A stretch of DNA of 37,728 nucleotides, counting the filler, from an uncultured Planctomycetaceae bacterium (GTDB lineage: Bacteria > Planctomycetota > Planctomycetia > Planctomycetales > Planctomycetaceae): assembly GCA_963976765.1 (NCBI GenBank). It is 15 parts of 15 records of this genome, joined end to end, with 100 filler letters (N's around TTAATTAATTAA, not from the genome) between each part and the next. Parts side by side here need not be neighbours in the genome. Positions count along the whole stretch, not along the records: positions 5,541 to 9,782 come from CAXBME010000081.1; positions 9,883 to 13,176 come from CAXBME010000082.1; positions 13,277 to 16,257 come from CAXBME010000083.1; positions 16,358 to 18,663 come from CAXBME010000084.1; positions 18,764 to 20,944 come from CAXBME010000085.1; 10 more parts are not named here. One strand, given 5' to 3'. Made by a program: the position numbers and the translations under genes. Under the pieces are notes generated by a model, which searched no databases, was not told the DNA's origin, and saw only the letters and a list, made by a program, of their open reading frames with translations. Of the stretch, positions 7,745 to 18,882 are shown piece by piece. Each line of letters opens with the position of its first letter. Position 1 is the first letter of the stretch.

Positions 7745-9292
7745 GTGGCCAAGAAGGCAGCAACCAAGAAGAAAGCACCGAAGCCGCTCACCACCGCACA
7801 ACGCCTGGGGAGTCTGGTCAAATCGGCTCGTGACATCATGCGGAAGGACAAAGGTCTCAATGGAGACCTGGACCGGCTGCCGATGCTCACATGGGTCATG
7901 TTTCTGAAATTCTTGGACGATCAGGAGAAGATCGAAGAAGAACGGGCGAAGCTGAAGAAGCAAAAGTTCCGACCGGTCATCGAAACACCTTATCGCTGGC
8001 GGGACTGGGCGGCTCAGGAAGACGGAATCAGTGGTGATGCTCTGATCAAGTTTGTCGATCACGAAGAAGCAATCCGGCCAGATGGCACCACAGGACCAGG
8101 ACTGATCGCCTACCTGCGAAGCCTACAAGGCAGCAACGGGGATGACCGTCGGGACGTCGTCGCCTCAGTCTTCTCTGGCGTCAACAACCGAATGGAAAGC
8201 GGCTACCTGCTGCGGGATGTCATCAACAAAGTCGACGGCATCCACTTCGACTCGACAGAAGAAATCCATACCCTCGGACATCTCTACGAGAGCATGCTCA
8301 AAGAGATGCGGGATGCAGCCGGGGATTCCGGAGAGTTCTACACACCCCGCTCAGTCGTCCGGCTGATGGTCGAACTGATGGACCCGCAACTGGGGGAAAC
8401 CGTTCTGGACCCAGCCTGCGGAACCGGGGGATTCCTTTGCGAAGCCTTCCAACATCTGGAGAAACAGTGCAAGACGGTTGAGCAACGCAAAGTCCTTCAA
8501 GAGCAGAGCATCTTCGGCGGGGAAGCCAAAACACTCCCCTACATGCTCTGCGAGATGAACCTGCTGTTGCACGGGCTGGAATCCCCACAGATCCTCAAAG
8601 GGAACAGTCTCGCTCAAAAGCTGACCGACATCACCGAGAAGGACCGCGTTGACGTCATCCTGACCAATCCCCCCTTCGGCGGCGAGGAAGAGAAAGGGAT
8701 TCAGGGGAACTTCCCGGACGACAAGCAAACATCGGAAACGGCCCTGTTGTTCCTGCAACTCATCATGCGACGGCTCAAGACGACCCCCAACCCCGGGCGG
8801 GCTGCGGTTGTTGTTCCCAATGGAACTCTCTTTGGAGATGGCGTCTGTGCCCGCATCAAGCAGGAACTCCTGACCAGGTTCAACCTGCACACCATCATTC
8901 GGCTCCCCAACGGCGTCTTCGCTCCCTACACCAGCATCCCGACGAATCTCCTGTTCTTTGATCGCACCGGGCCCACGAAAGACGTCTGGTTCTACGAACA
9001 GCCGCTCCCGGAAGACCGCAGGCAATACACCAAAACCAAGCCGCTCCAGTACGAAGAGTTCGCCGACTGCATCAAGTGGTGGAAGAAACGCAAGGAAACC
9101 GAACGAGCCTGGAAGGTCCCGGCGAAGGAGATTCTGGAAGACAACTGCAACCTCGACCGGAAGAACCCGAACGCCGCTCCCGATTTCGAGCACCTCCCGC
9201 CCGAACAACTCGTGGACGACATCCTCACCAAAGAACTCCGCATCACGGAGATCATGCAGGAGATCAAAGAACTCCTGGGGAGGAAACCATGA
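7745..9292 (+). CDS. hsdM: Type I restriction-modification methyltransferase subunit
   Basis: GEFYTPR, DPACGTGGFL (motif I), NPPFGG (motif IV); likely GTG start at 7745. Confidence 0.93.
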   Translation: MAKKAATKKKAPKPLTTAQRLGSLVKSARDIMRKDKGLNGDLDRLPMLTWVMFLKFLDDQEKIEEERAKLKKQKFRPVIETPYRWRDWAAQEDGISGDALIKFVDHEEAIRPDGTTGPGLIAYLRSLQGSNGDDRRDVVASVFSGVNNRMESGYLLRDVINKVDGIHFDSTEEIHTLGHLYESMLKEMRDAAGDSGEFYTPRSVVRLMVELMDPQLGETVLDPACGTGGFLCEAFQHLEKQCKTVEQRKVLQEQSIFGGEAKTLPYMLCEMNLLLHGLESPQILKGNSLAQKLTDITEKDRVDVILTNPPFGGEEEKGIQGNFPDDKQTSETALLFLQLIMRRLKTTPNPGRAAVVVPNGTLFGDGVCARIKQELLTRFNLHTIIRLPNGVFAPYTSIPTNLLFFDRTGPTKDVWFYEQPLPEDRRQYTKTKPLQYEEFADCIKWWKKRKETERAWKVPAKEILEDNCNLDRKNPNAAPDFEHLPPEQLVDDILTKELRITEIMQEIKELLGRKP

Positions 9293-9728
9293 GCAAATGG
9301 CCGAAGGTTCCACTTGGAGAGATTGTCACCCAAGATGCCGAAGCAACTCCTGTCACTGCGGACCAGGAATACCCAAATCTAGGCATCTACTCATTTGGGC
9401 GGGGCCTCTTCGAAAAGCAGCCGATTTCCGGAACTTCGACAAGTGCGAAGCATCTCTACCGAGTGAAGACCGGCCAATTCATTTACAGCCGACTCTTTGC
9501 GTTTGAGGGAGCCTATGGCTTGGTGGGAAATGATCTGGATGGACATTATGTTTCCAACGAGTACCCGCACTTCGACTGCGATCCTAGACGTGTGCTACCT
9601 GAGTTCTTGGTCAGCTACTTTCGAGCATCTTCCACATGGGAGAAAGCAGCGACACTCACGACAGGCATGGGGGATCGACGGCGGAGAATCAAACCTGAAC
9701 AACTTATCAAGTTGGAGATCCCCCTCCC
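9289..9728 (+). pseudogene. hsdS: Type I specificity subunit, first TRD only, interrupted by a mobile-element end
   Basis: MSKWPKVPLGEIV start overlaps hsdM stop; TRD ends at IPLP and is followed by the repeat terminus instead of the usual EQxxI helix. Confidence 0.75.
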
Positions 9729-9782
9729 GGATATTGTCCCACGCCGTGTAGAAAGTTCCGGTGACGGCGGGTTGATAGATTC
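9729..9782. mobile_element. Terminus of a multicopy element (IS256-like end), diverged copy
   Basis: GGATATTGTCCC...GTGTAGAAAGTT-CCGGTGACGGC aligns with 13121-13176 and 20892-20944. Confidence 0.55.
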
Positions 9783-9965
9783 NNNNNNNNNNNNNNNNNN
9801 NNNNNNNNNNNNNNNNNNNNNNNNNNTTAATTAATTAANNNNNNNNNNNNNNNNNNNNNNNNNNNNNNNNNNNNNNNNNNNNCATCCCCAACCGAGTCAA
9901 AAACGTTTGCCAACGAATCTCTGACTCAGAACACTAGGAAGGGACGGTTGCTCGCAGGTTATTAC

Positions 9966-11447
9966 CAGCCTGTTGAAAAATCTGGGCGGGATGTGTGGCA
10001 GAGATTATTGTTCTCTGGGGATGTTAATGAAAGGAGTCGGTGATGGCGTAGCGGCGGTGTGAGTCTGAGCGGCAGGGAGAGTTGTGGGTCAGTTCGGCCG
10101 GTGTGGCGAAGTCTCCTGGGCATGTGTTTTAGGAACGGCTCAATGGCCTGCTGAGCGAAGCCGGGTTTGACAAGTTAGTCGAGGAGCTGACCGCGCCGTT
10201 TTATACGTCTGGTGACCGTCCGGGGATTACTCCGGGTGTGTATTTCCGGATGCTGTTTGTCGGGTACTTCGAAGGCATTGACTCGCAACGCAGCCGTGTT
10301 CAAAAGCAAACGGGCGTGGCGGTGCGAAGACAGTCTTTCGCTGCGGAAGTTTCTGGGGTTGTCGCTGACCGATTCGGTTCCGGATTACAGTTCTCTGACC
10401 CGCATTCGGGACCGCTTCCCGGTGGAAGTCACCGAGCGTGTGTTTGCGTTCGTGCTGCAGATGGCGTGCGAGCGAAGGCTGATTTCGGGGACTCAGGCTG
10501 GTGTGGACTCGACGCTGCTGGAAGCGAGCGCGGCGATGCAGACGATTGTCCGTCGTGAAACGGGCGAAGACTGTAAAGACTACCTTCGTCGTCTGATGCG
10601 TGAAAAGGGTGTCATTGATGACAACGATAATTCGAGCGACGAAGAGCTGCGTCGCTTCGACAGAAAACGCAAAGTGAAGAACGTTTCCAATACCGAGTGG
10701 AAGTCATCCTCGGACGAAGACGCCCGCATCGTGAAGAAGCAACCGACGCCGCCGACCGAAGAGGGAGGAGGTAAGGCGGAGGGCGGTAGCAACCACTGCG
10801 GACTCACTTCGGTTACAAAGCCGAACACACCGTGGACCTTGAGACGGAAGTGATCCTGTCAGCCACGGTTCAGGAAGGAACGGCACCGGACTCGCAGACA
10901 CTGCTGTCGGCCGTTGTGGATGCTCAGATCAACCCGGTCCTTACAGGCAACGATGCGGACATCATGGAAGTGGCTGCGGACAAGGGATACCACAGCAACA
11001 CTCAGATCACGGATTGCACCGCGGCCGGGCTGCGGACTTACATTCCCGAACCGAACCTGCAACACAATCGCCGCTGGCCAGACAAGCCGGAGGACGTGGC
11101 CAAGACCGTTCTGAATAACCTTGACCGCAGCCGGCGAGCGAAGAGCAAACAGATGCAACGCCACCGCAGCGAACGGGTGGAACGCCGCTGTTGCCCACGT
11201 GTCCGACAGCGGCGGTGCTCGCCGCACGTGGCTTCGGAGACTGGAGAAAATCAACAAGCGTTACTCGATGGTAGCTGCGGGCCACAACCTCGGCCTTCTG
11301 ATGAGAGCCCTGCTCGGCAGCGGCAAACCCCACCACCTGGCGTCGCTGATACTGCTCCTGTCAGCTCTCCTCACCACCATTCGAAACCTCATCCAGCTAA
11401 CACCGAACCCAATCAAAATCCAGAAACCCACTTTTTCAACGCGGCTG
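9966..11447 (+). mobile_element. Degenerate IS1182/IS5-like insertion sequence
   Basis: Ends CAGCCTGTTGAAAAA (9966) and TTTTTCAACGCGGCTG (to 11447); flanks TTAC/TTAG. Confidence 0.75.
10043..11430 (+). pseudogene. DDE transposase pseudogene (DUF772-type N-terminus)
   Basis: AAGGAG RBS, ATG GCG TAG; second in-frame TAG near 10129; fragments PGVYFRMLFVGYFEGIDSQR, WRCEDSLSLRKFLG, GVDSTLLEA, VAADKGYH, RSERVER in different frames. Confidence 0.85.
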
Positions 11448-11805
11448 TTAGCAGGCTGCGTGTTGCTACGTGTGGGGCTTCCGAGACAGAGAATGGGTTG
11501 ATGAACTGGGTGAAGAAGTTCTGAGCGAAGAATCCTCGTAAACCTGACTTGGGCAAATCTATGCCACTGGAACTCGGAATCTAGCGAATCGACAACGGTC
11601 TCGACCGGATGCAGGTCAGCTCGCTGAAGTTAGATTCCTGGCTCGAAGATATTCTGGATCAGGCGATCCGCGAAACAGGCTTCTTTGGCAACCAGAACTC
11701 CGCCGCCCGCCCGCGAGCCTTCAAATGGCGACACACCGTCGACCGACTGAAGAATCGAGTTGGAATTGAGTAGAAGCGTCGCCCGAAGGCAGTCGAATCA
11801 CTGTC

Positions 11806-12954
11806 TCAAATGTTGAGGTCAATGTAGACGGCAGCGTGGTCGGACGCCTGTTCCATCGAGCTGCCCATATCCACGTATGTTGCCCATTTATCCGGGCGGC
11901 TCACGCGGCTGCCCCAAAGGCCGTTTCGAAAGATGCTCCCCCCTGCAAACGCTGGAACAAGATTCGGAGATATCAAGATGTAGTCGAGCCGATTTCTAAT
12001 TCCGCATGAGTCGTAAGTGCCAGGACGTGCCCCGACGTCAAATCCAGGGAGTGAGTAACAGTCGACGAGAGGGCTGCTTGAAGAAAACAGGTCTGTAAGA
12101 TTTGTCGGCGCCGCACCCACAGAGGCAGACCCCTCATTCAAGTCTCCCATCACCACGACATGCTGGTTCTGACTGACCAGCTTCTGGGCGATGTTCTTAA
12201 CAGCCAAAGCCTGCCGCTGGCGTTTCGGCCCGCCGCCCCCGGACTGAGACTTGAAGTGGTTGACAAGAACGTGAACGACAGTCCCACTCGACATCTTGAT
12301 GCTGTATTCGGGACAGTCACGGCTAAAGACCTCACCAACATTGTCTTCCAGATCGACGTTTGATCGGATCGATTCAATATCGAAACCAGTCTTGGTCATG
12401 ATCCCAACGTCGATCCCTCGTTCATCATTCCCGTCGACCAGCATGACGTGATCGTACTGCCCGCCAAGCAGTTCCTTGTTAAATCGAACCATTGATGGCC
12501 GATCTTCTGCTTCAACGATTCCTATGATGTCAGCATCAACGTCTTTGATGACTCTGGCCGTCATACGAGTCCCAGACTCGTTGACCGGCTCTGTCGCCAA
12601 TTCCACCCAGCCAATCCAATCCGATCGGCCGTCTGCCGTTATGACAACATCCTTGGAGCTGTCTGTGGGCTGCATATCAAATCTGCCCCGGTTCTTTCGC
12701 AGCCACGCCCATCTCGGAAACGCGGTCCTTTTCTTACGAACTGCTCCGCTGCTATTCCTCGAATAGATGTCCAGTTCGACGAGCAGATCTCGCATCTTGA
12801 TCTTGTCACTCGCTGAATAGGTCGCGTTTGCCATCAGCGTATTGACCTTCTTACAGGCATCAATGGCCGGTCGCCCAGCAGCCCAGTCCAACGGATCAAA
12901 CGCTCGTGGGCGGGCAAACAGATTTTCGACGTTGAACGAGGCAATGCGAACCAT
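11806..12954 (-). CDS. Endonuclease/exonuclease/phosphatase (EEP) family protein
   Basis: RIASFNVENLF, VEAED, VNHFKS, MGDLN, RLDYIL, SDHAAV; AGGAG RBS before ATG 12954. Confidence 0.9.
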   Translation of the reverse strand: MVRIASFNVENLFARPRAFDPLDWAAGRPAIDACKKVNTLMANATYSASDKIKMRDLLVELDIYSRNSSGAVRKKRTAFPRWAWLRKNRGRFDMQPTDSSKDVVITADGRSDWIGWVELATEPVNESGTRMTARVIKDVDADIIGIVEAEDRPSMVRFNKELLGGQYDHVMLVDGNDERGIDVGIMTKTGFDIESIRSNVDLEDNVGEVFSRDCPEYSIKMSSGTVVHVLVNHFKSQSGGGGPKRQRQALAVKNIAQKLVSQNQHVVVMGDLNEGSASVGAAPTNLTDLFSSSSPLVDCYSLPGFDVGARPGTYDSCGIRNRLDYILISPNLVPAFAGGSIFRNGLWGSRVSRPDKWATYVDMGSSMEQASDHAAVYIDLNI

Positions 12955-13120
12955 CAGTTTGAACTCCTGTTGGTGTCTCGACAGTTGCAACCGGGTCGAC
13001 GAATGATCTGATGATTCTGCGTTCCAGTCAAAGATAATTCAAACAAAGGTCACGTTCAGGAGGCTGCTGTCACTGTGTTCAACTTTCTTTGCGAGTCATG
13101 CACATACAAAACTACCGCCC

Positions 13121-13176
13121 GGGAAGATGTCCCGCTGGTTGTTGAAGGTTGAAAATCCGGTGGCGGCTCCTTTGCC
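13121..13176. mobile_element. Terminus of a multicopy element (IS256-like end)
   Basis: 49/53 identical to 20892-20944; sits at the contig break. Confidence 0.6.
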
Positions 13177-13374
13177 NNNNNNNNNNNNNNNNNNNNNNNN
13201 NNNNNNNNNNNNNNNNNNNNTTAATTAATTAANNNNNNNNNNNNNNNNNNNNNNNNNNNNNNNNNNNNNNNNNNNNGTGATCTGACCTGCACGTGGTTGG
13301 TTGATTCAACTTACATTTTTTACGCCAGGAGAAGTCCAGTGCCAAAATTCATGAAACTCACCGCTATACTTTAG

Positions 13375-16011
13375 ATGATTCTTTTCAGGTTGTCCGAAAT
13401 GACATATCTCGGCGCTTTTCCTCCCCGTGAAAGTCACTTTTTCATCGCCATCGCCATCGCCATGTGCAGTATCTTTGTTCCCACCACTTATGCGCAGGAT
13501 AATCTCCTGAACAACGGATCCTTTGAATCTGGCCTGTCGGGTTGGTCTATCAGCGGCGAGGTCTTCATCCAGAGCGATGCCTGGGATGGTTACAGTTCAG
13601 TCCGTCTTCAGCCGCAGCCCACTCAGACTGCGGAACTGTCGCAAAGAGTGGAAGGACTTGAACCAAAAGGCCGTTACACCGTTGCAGCTCGCATTAGGAC
13701 CTCTGACCACCTCACTCCTCCCATTCTCGGCATCAGAGATGGCGCTCAGATAGGCAAGGCATACGGCTGGGTTGCCGTCGACGACGTGAACATCTGGCTT
13801 GAGCGGCGATTCGAGGTTCATGTGGATGACCATGCCACAAGTTTCGAAGTCTATCTTCAAGGATGGAAAACCGATCAGGGTCCGACGGTCGAGTTCGATG
13901 CAATAAGGTTGTGGGAAGGACGACAACCGCCACCAGCGGCCGAAAATGGCGAAGCTCCCTGGGCCGAAGCGCCGGTCATCACGGTGGCCCCCGATCCTGG
14001 AGAGTCTCTCTTGAGCAACCCCCAGTTCGATGAGCCCGGAGGAGGTGCATGGGCGCTCGGTATCAACGCGAGTATCCTCGGTTCGAAAGATGGAAACATC
14101 TTGAGACTCCTCTCAAGCGCAGACACGTCCCGAGCATCCCAGACGATCGAGATCGCACTTCCACCGGGTGGACAATGGACGATCTCAATGGAGGTCAAAG
14201 CCGACCCGGATGTCGTTGCGAGCGCGTACTTCACCGGCTCCGACGAATACCTCGTGACACGATCATTCCAGAACGATGACTGGGAGACGATTGAGCTCCA
14301 ACTTCAGACTGAAGGACGCTGGGTCCGAAACGGAAAGCTCATTCTGGAAAACTGGAAGAATCAACCAGGATCGGCGTGGTACCGAAACGTCAGATTCACG
14401 GCACAAGGTGGAGAATGGATGCCGACACTGGCATCGCCTCCGGTGCAACAGAACGACGTCTTTTTCGATGACTTTTCAGATGGCACCTTGAGCCCTGAGA
14501 AGTGGCTGGTGTCTGCAAAGGCATGGGGTGGTGACAATGGCGGGGTCGCACCGGAGAACGTGCTGCTTGTTCCAGACATGGACGAAGGAGAACCGATCAT
14601 CGCACTCCGTCTGGAGGCGCATGGTGATCAATACAGCGGAGAGCTCGAACACAACGGACGCAAAACCAGAGTCGGTGCCGCGATCGCAACCAGGACCTAC
14701 CATGCGTCCGCTCGATACGAAGTACGTGCACGAATCGCCCCTGAATATGGCACCTGCACAGCATTTTGGCCTTTCCACTACATCGACTATCGGATGGGTG
14801 AAGCGGCCCACTGGCACGAACCTAATCCCCGCCGCAACACCGAGATCGACTGGGAGTTTCCCACGGACCTTGCGGGTTCCGATACCGGGAACTTCTCGTT
14901 CAAGAAGGCAAGGACGAACTCATGGGGAGGCCAGTTCGGAGGCGAAGGCGGTGAACACAAAGGTCGAAAGATCCTGACTGACGAAACCGGCGCAGCACTC
15001 GACCTGGCTCAGGAAGCATTGGACGGGCGATACCACACTTTTACCATCGAATGGCGATCCGGGAGTGACATGGGCGATGAATCAATCTCACGAACTGATG
15101 TCGGGTCGGTCCGTTGGCTGATGGATGGACGGATCGTCGACGAGCTGCATGATGTCGAATTCGGACAGGGCAATGTCCCCTTTCGCGCGGCACGATTCTG
15201 GCTGGGCACATGGTTTCCAGCAGCGGGATATGCCGGTGATGTCGGCTGGACCGGAAACCCTGAATTCGACACCACTGCTGCGCACATCGCATGGGTCAGA
15301 ATTACGCCCTTTGATCAGCCACGAGATCGATGGGTCGATGAAACCGTACCGAATCTCGCCTGGGCGGGACCGGACGAATACCCTTCCCCCATCGACCCGA
15401 TCCAGTATGTTGATGTACCCGGGGGTAACAATCCGCCAGTCTTCTCGCAAGATCCGATAACTGGACCCAAGGGGACGGAAGGTGTCCCGGTCTCGGGTAC
15501 CCTTGCGGGTTCTGCGACGGATGCTGACAGCGATCCACTGACCTACTCTATCGCCATGGGACCTGCCTGGTTCTCCATCGCCAGCGATGGCACTGCGAGC
15601 GGTACACCGGGTGCTGGTAACGTCGGTCCAAACTCATGGGTCATTCAGGTGAGCGATGGAAACGGCGGTACTGATACGGCCACCCTGAATACCACCGTTG
15701 ATGGCGCGCCGTCGAACAACGCGCCAGTCTTCACGGCTGACCCGATTAATCTGCCGAATGGGATGGAAGGTGTTCCATACTCGCAAAGCATCGCTGGGTC
15801 TGCCACGGATACCGACAGTGATCCGCTGACCTACTCGAAGTTAAGTGGACCTGCCTGGTTGGACGTTGCTAGCAATGGCGATGTAACCGGTACACCGAGC
15901 GCCGGTGATGCAGGCGCCAATACATGGACGGTTCACGTCAGCGACGGCCAGGGCGGTACAGATACGGCGACGGTGAACATCACCGTTAACCCTGCGCTGA
16001 AAGGGTGCTAA
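13375..16011 (+). CDS. Secreted GH16-like glycoside hydrolase with two CBM4/9-like modules and two cadherin/Ig-like repeats
   Basis: Signal-like segment ending TTYAQ; NLLNNGSFE and LLSNPQFD CBM starts; FFDDFS...EIDWEFP (ExDxE)...YHTFTIEW; two NNxPVF...ATDxDSDPLTYS...GPAW repeats; start uncertain. Confidence 0.8.
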   Translation: MILFRLSEMTYLGAFPPRESHFFIAIAIAMCSIFVPTTYAQDNLLNNGSFESGLSGWSISGEVFIQSDAWDGYSSVRLQPQPTQTAELSQRVEGLEPKGRYTVAARIRTSDHLTPPILGIRDGAQIGKAYGWVAVDDVNIWLERRFEVHVDDHATSFEVYLQGWKTDQGPTVEFDAIRLWEGRQPPPAAENGEAPWAEAPVITVAPDPGESLLSNPQFDEPGGGAWALGINASILGSKDGNILRLLSSADTSRASQTIEIALPPGGQWTISMEVKADPDVVASAYFTGSDEYLVTRSFQNDDWETIELQLQTEGRWVRNGKLILENWKNQPGSAWYRNVRFTAQGGEWMPTLASPPVQQNDVFFDDFSDGTLSPEKWLVSAKAWGGDNGGVAPENVLLVPDMDEGEPIIALRLEAHGDQYSGELEHNGRKTRVGAAIATRTYHASARYEVRARIAPEYGTCTAFWPFHYIDYRMGEAAHWHEPNPRRNTEIDWEFPTDLAGSDTGNFSFKKARTNSWGGQFGGEGGEHKGRKILTDETGAALDLAQEALDGRYHTFTIEWRSGSDMGDESISRTDVGSVRWLMDGRIVDELHDVEFGQGNVPFRAARFWLGTWFPAAGYAGDVGWTGNPEFDTTAAHIAWVRITPFDQPRDRWVDETVPNLAWAGPDEYPSPIDPIQYVDVPGGNNPPVFSQDPITGPKGTEGVPVSGTLAGSATDADSDPLTYSIAMGPAWFSIASDGTASGTPGAGNVGPNSWVIQVSDGNGGTDTATLNTTVDGAPSNNAPVFTADPINLPNGMEGVPYSQSIAGSATDTDSDPLTYSKLSGPAWLDVASNGDVTGTPSAGDAGANTWTVHVSDGQGGTDTATVNITVNPALKGC

Positions 16012-16160
16012 CGCTTGAACGGTTCAAGTGAGCGACGTCAACGCAGGCACGGGTACAGAGAGGTTGAACATCACCATTGTTGCGACGTCGAACAACCTAA
16101 AGTATAGGACAAATCGAAGGGCTATCGTGCGTAGGTCTTCTTATAGATACGAGCCACAGG

Positions 16161-16198
16161 GGTACTGACAAGTTAACTTGTCAGTACCTATTAGTACC
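16161..16198. repeat. 28-bp perfect palindrome with tandem YAGTACC motifs (att/arm-site-like)
   Basis: GGTACTGACAAGTT|AACTTGTCAGTACC (16161-16188) then TATTAGTACC; contig ends GATACTGA. Confidence 0.7.
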
Positions 16199-16357
16199 CT
16201 CCCCCGCCCTAAACCGACGCGTAATAGTCAGATTTGCAAGGCACTTTTAGATACTGANNNNNNNNNNNNNNNNNNNNNNNNNNNNNNNNNNNNNNNNNNN
16301 NTTAATTAATTAANNNNNNNNNNNNNNNNNNNNNNNNNNNNNNNNNNNNNNNNNNNN

Positions 16358-18662
16358 TCGTGTCAGCACCCAGACCACCGTCAACCGTCAGAGCACTCAG
16401 CGGAACGCCGCTAAGATCACCAACCGTCACCGTGTCGGCACCTGCCTGAGTGTTGATCAGAACTGTGCTGACGGTCGAATCGATCGTCATCCGCGAACCA
16501 CCTTCGGTCACCGTCAACTGGCCGCTGCTGTTCTGCGCCACTGAAACGGTGTCATCAGTCGCCCCCGTATTCAGAATAACGGTGTCGCCGCCGTTGCCGC
16601 CGGAGACGGTGTCATCTCCGCTGCCGTCTCCATCGAACAGAATTTCATCTTCGCCATCACCTCCATCGATTGAATCCATCCCGCCCTGACCGTTGAGCGT
16701 GTCGTCGCCGGTGTTGCCAAAAATGGTGTCGTTGCCCGAGCCGCCGTAGACATAGTCGTTGCCGGCTCCGGCATCGATACTGTCGTCACCTGCTCCACCG
16801 TTGATGAGGTCATCACCGAAGGATCCGATGATCGTGTCGTTGCCGTCCTGCCCAAGGATCGTGTCATCCTCCGGACCGTTCAGGTTTGCGGTGACACTGG
16901 CAGAGCTGCCCGACCCAAGTGAACTCTGCAGGTTGCTGGTTCCGCCGCCAACGGCAAGTCCAGAGATGCCTGCGGTCAACGTAAGTGTACGCTGATGAAC
17001 GCCGGCAACTGAGAAGACTTCAATTCGATTGTTCGCGGCTCCAATGAAGATCTCTGTATCAGTTCCGGCAAGGCCCTGAGGAGTCACCGCACCCACACCG
17101 GGAACGTTAGGAGCGAAACCGGCTGATGCCCTGATCGTCGTCGAATTGACCGTACGGATCATCCCAGTCTGCATGTCGAACACAATCAGGCCATCTGGTG
17201 TTCGCACTTCGCCGAGCCCATCCTCGATCGTACGGACGTTTGCCCCCGATTGAGCATCAACAATATCCATTTCTGTGATCGCTCCGGTTGCCGGATTGAA
17301 AATGTCGATCTCGTCGTTGGATGTCTGAAATTGTCCCTCGTTGAGCAGATAAACAAGTGGGTTTCCCTGCCCGTCCGGAAGTACTGCGATTCCTGAATAT
17401 CTACCGCCATCCAGTGTTCCGCTAACATCTGTGGAGTTGATCGTCGCCCCGGTGTCTGGATTCACTCGAAATAGTGTGGAACCGCTGATGAACCACAGAT
17501 CGGTGCCATCGAATGCGAGTCCATCTTCACCAGTCTGAGCAACAACCGCCGGAGCGCTGAAAGTGTTGAGCTGAGCGCCGGTCACGGGGTCGAATTCCGC
17601 AATCATATTTGCCGTGTTGTCGAGTACGCCGAATAGTCGCGTGGAGCCGCCGGGCGGCGTTACGACATCATCATCCACGATCGTACCGAGTCCCATGGAG
17701 TCCGTGATGGTGACGCCGCCAGACGCGTTGGACAGGTTGACGATGAATGACTCATTCGGCTCCACCGTGGTATCGCCCAGTACGCCGACGGAAATCGTTT
17801 GAGTCGTGGTGCCTGCCGGAAATGTCAGTGTGCCGTTCGTCGCGGTGTAGTCAGAACCGGCCATCGCCGTGTTGTCCATCGTGGCGTAACTGACGGTCAC
17901 GGTTTGCGTGGAGGCTGGAGTAAGCGTCACGGTGAACACTGCCTGAGTCGTACCGGCGTTACCTTCTGTCACTGTCACGTCGCTGATGGACAGGCCATTA
18001 CTGGGCGGCGGCGGCCCCTGGTCGTCGTTCTGTACGGTGCCGATGGCTGTGGCGTCGCTGATGTTCGCACCGACCGGATTCGACAGATTGATGAAAAACG
18101 TTTCGTCTGGCTCCAACGTCTGATCTGCCACCAGCGACACCGTAATCGTCTGAGTCGTCTGCCCCGGCGCGAACGTGAGCGTCCCTGAGATCGCCGTGTA
18201 GTCCACCCCAGCAATGGCCGTCCCGTTGACTGTCGAGTAATTAACGGTCACCGGAGTGCTGCTGACCGATGACAACGTCACGATAAACTGAATTCCCGCC
18301 GCACCATCCTCGGCCGCAAACGCGTCTGAAATGGAAAGGTCCGGCAGGCTGGCGGCGATCACCAGGTCATCGCCGGCACCACCGTCGATGTAGTCCGCTC
18401 CACCGGAGCCGGCCAGTGTGTCGTTGCCGCCCTGTCCAAAGACACGATCGTCACCGGCGTCGCCATCGAGATCATCCTGGCCAGATCCGCCACGCAACGT
18501 GTCTGCACCGTCGTTGCCGCCCAACGAATCGTTGCCCGCGTTTCCGTTCAGATTGTCGTTGCCATTCCCACCGAGCAGCGTGTCAGCTCCCCCGTTTCCG
18601 GAAATCGAATCGTCGCCGTCGTCACCATTGATCGAGTCGTTGCCGGCCTGGCCGTTGATGGT
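16358..18662 (-). CDS. Internal fragment of a giant Ca-binding surface protein (RTX nonapeptides, two Calx-beta domains, propeller-like region)
   Basis: GGxGxDx(L/I) repeats; TAxAGxDYTA..GTLTFxxG.T.QTI.V...D...EPxExF twice; frame open at both ends. Confidence 0.9.
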
Positions 18663-18882
18663 GNNNNNNNNNNNNNNNNNNNNNNNNNNNNNNNNNNNNN
18701 NNNNNNNTTAATTAATTAANNNNNNNNNNNNNNNNNNNNNNNNNNNNNNNNNNNNNNNNNNNNCCCTTACCCAACCCGAACTCTCATAAGCCGTGGTACA
18801 GAAATCAGGGGCACTCCAGGTGGTGCTCGTGGCATGATTGTTTGGGGAAGTGGATATAGCCGTCCGGAACTGGTCCAGACGG

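Noticed and set aside
1..9782. Ubl operon and R-M locus as one defence island
   Set aside because: They are separated by a spacer; adjacency reflects length sorting only
10212..11524. Separate intact genes at 10212, 10238, 10832 and 11121
   Set aside because: Frameshifted fragments of one transposase pseudogene
11620..11773. Gene-like 3' fragment (LKLDSWLEDILDQ...NRVGIE)
   Set aside because: No clear start or recognisable family
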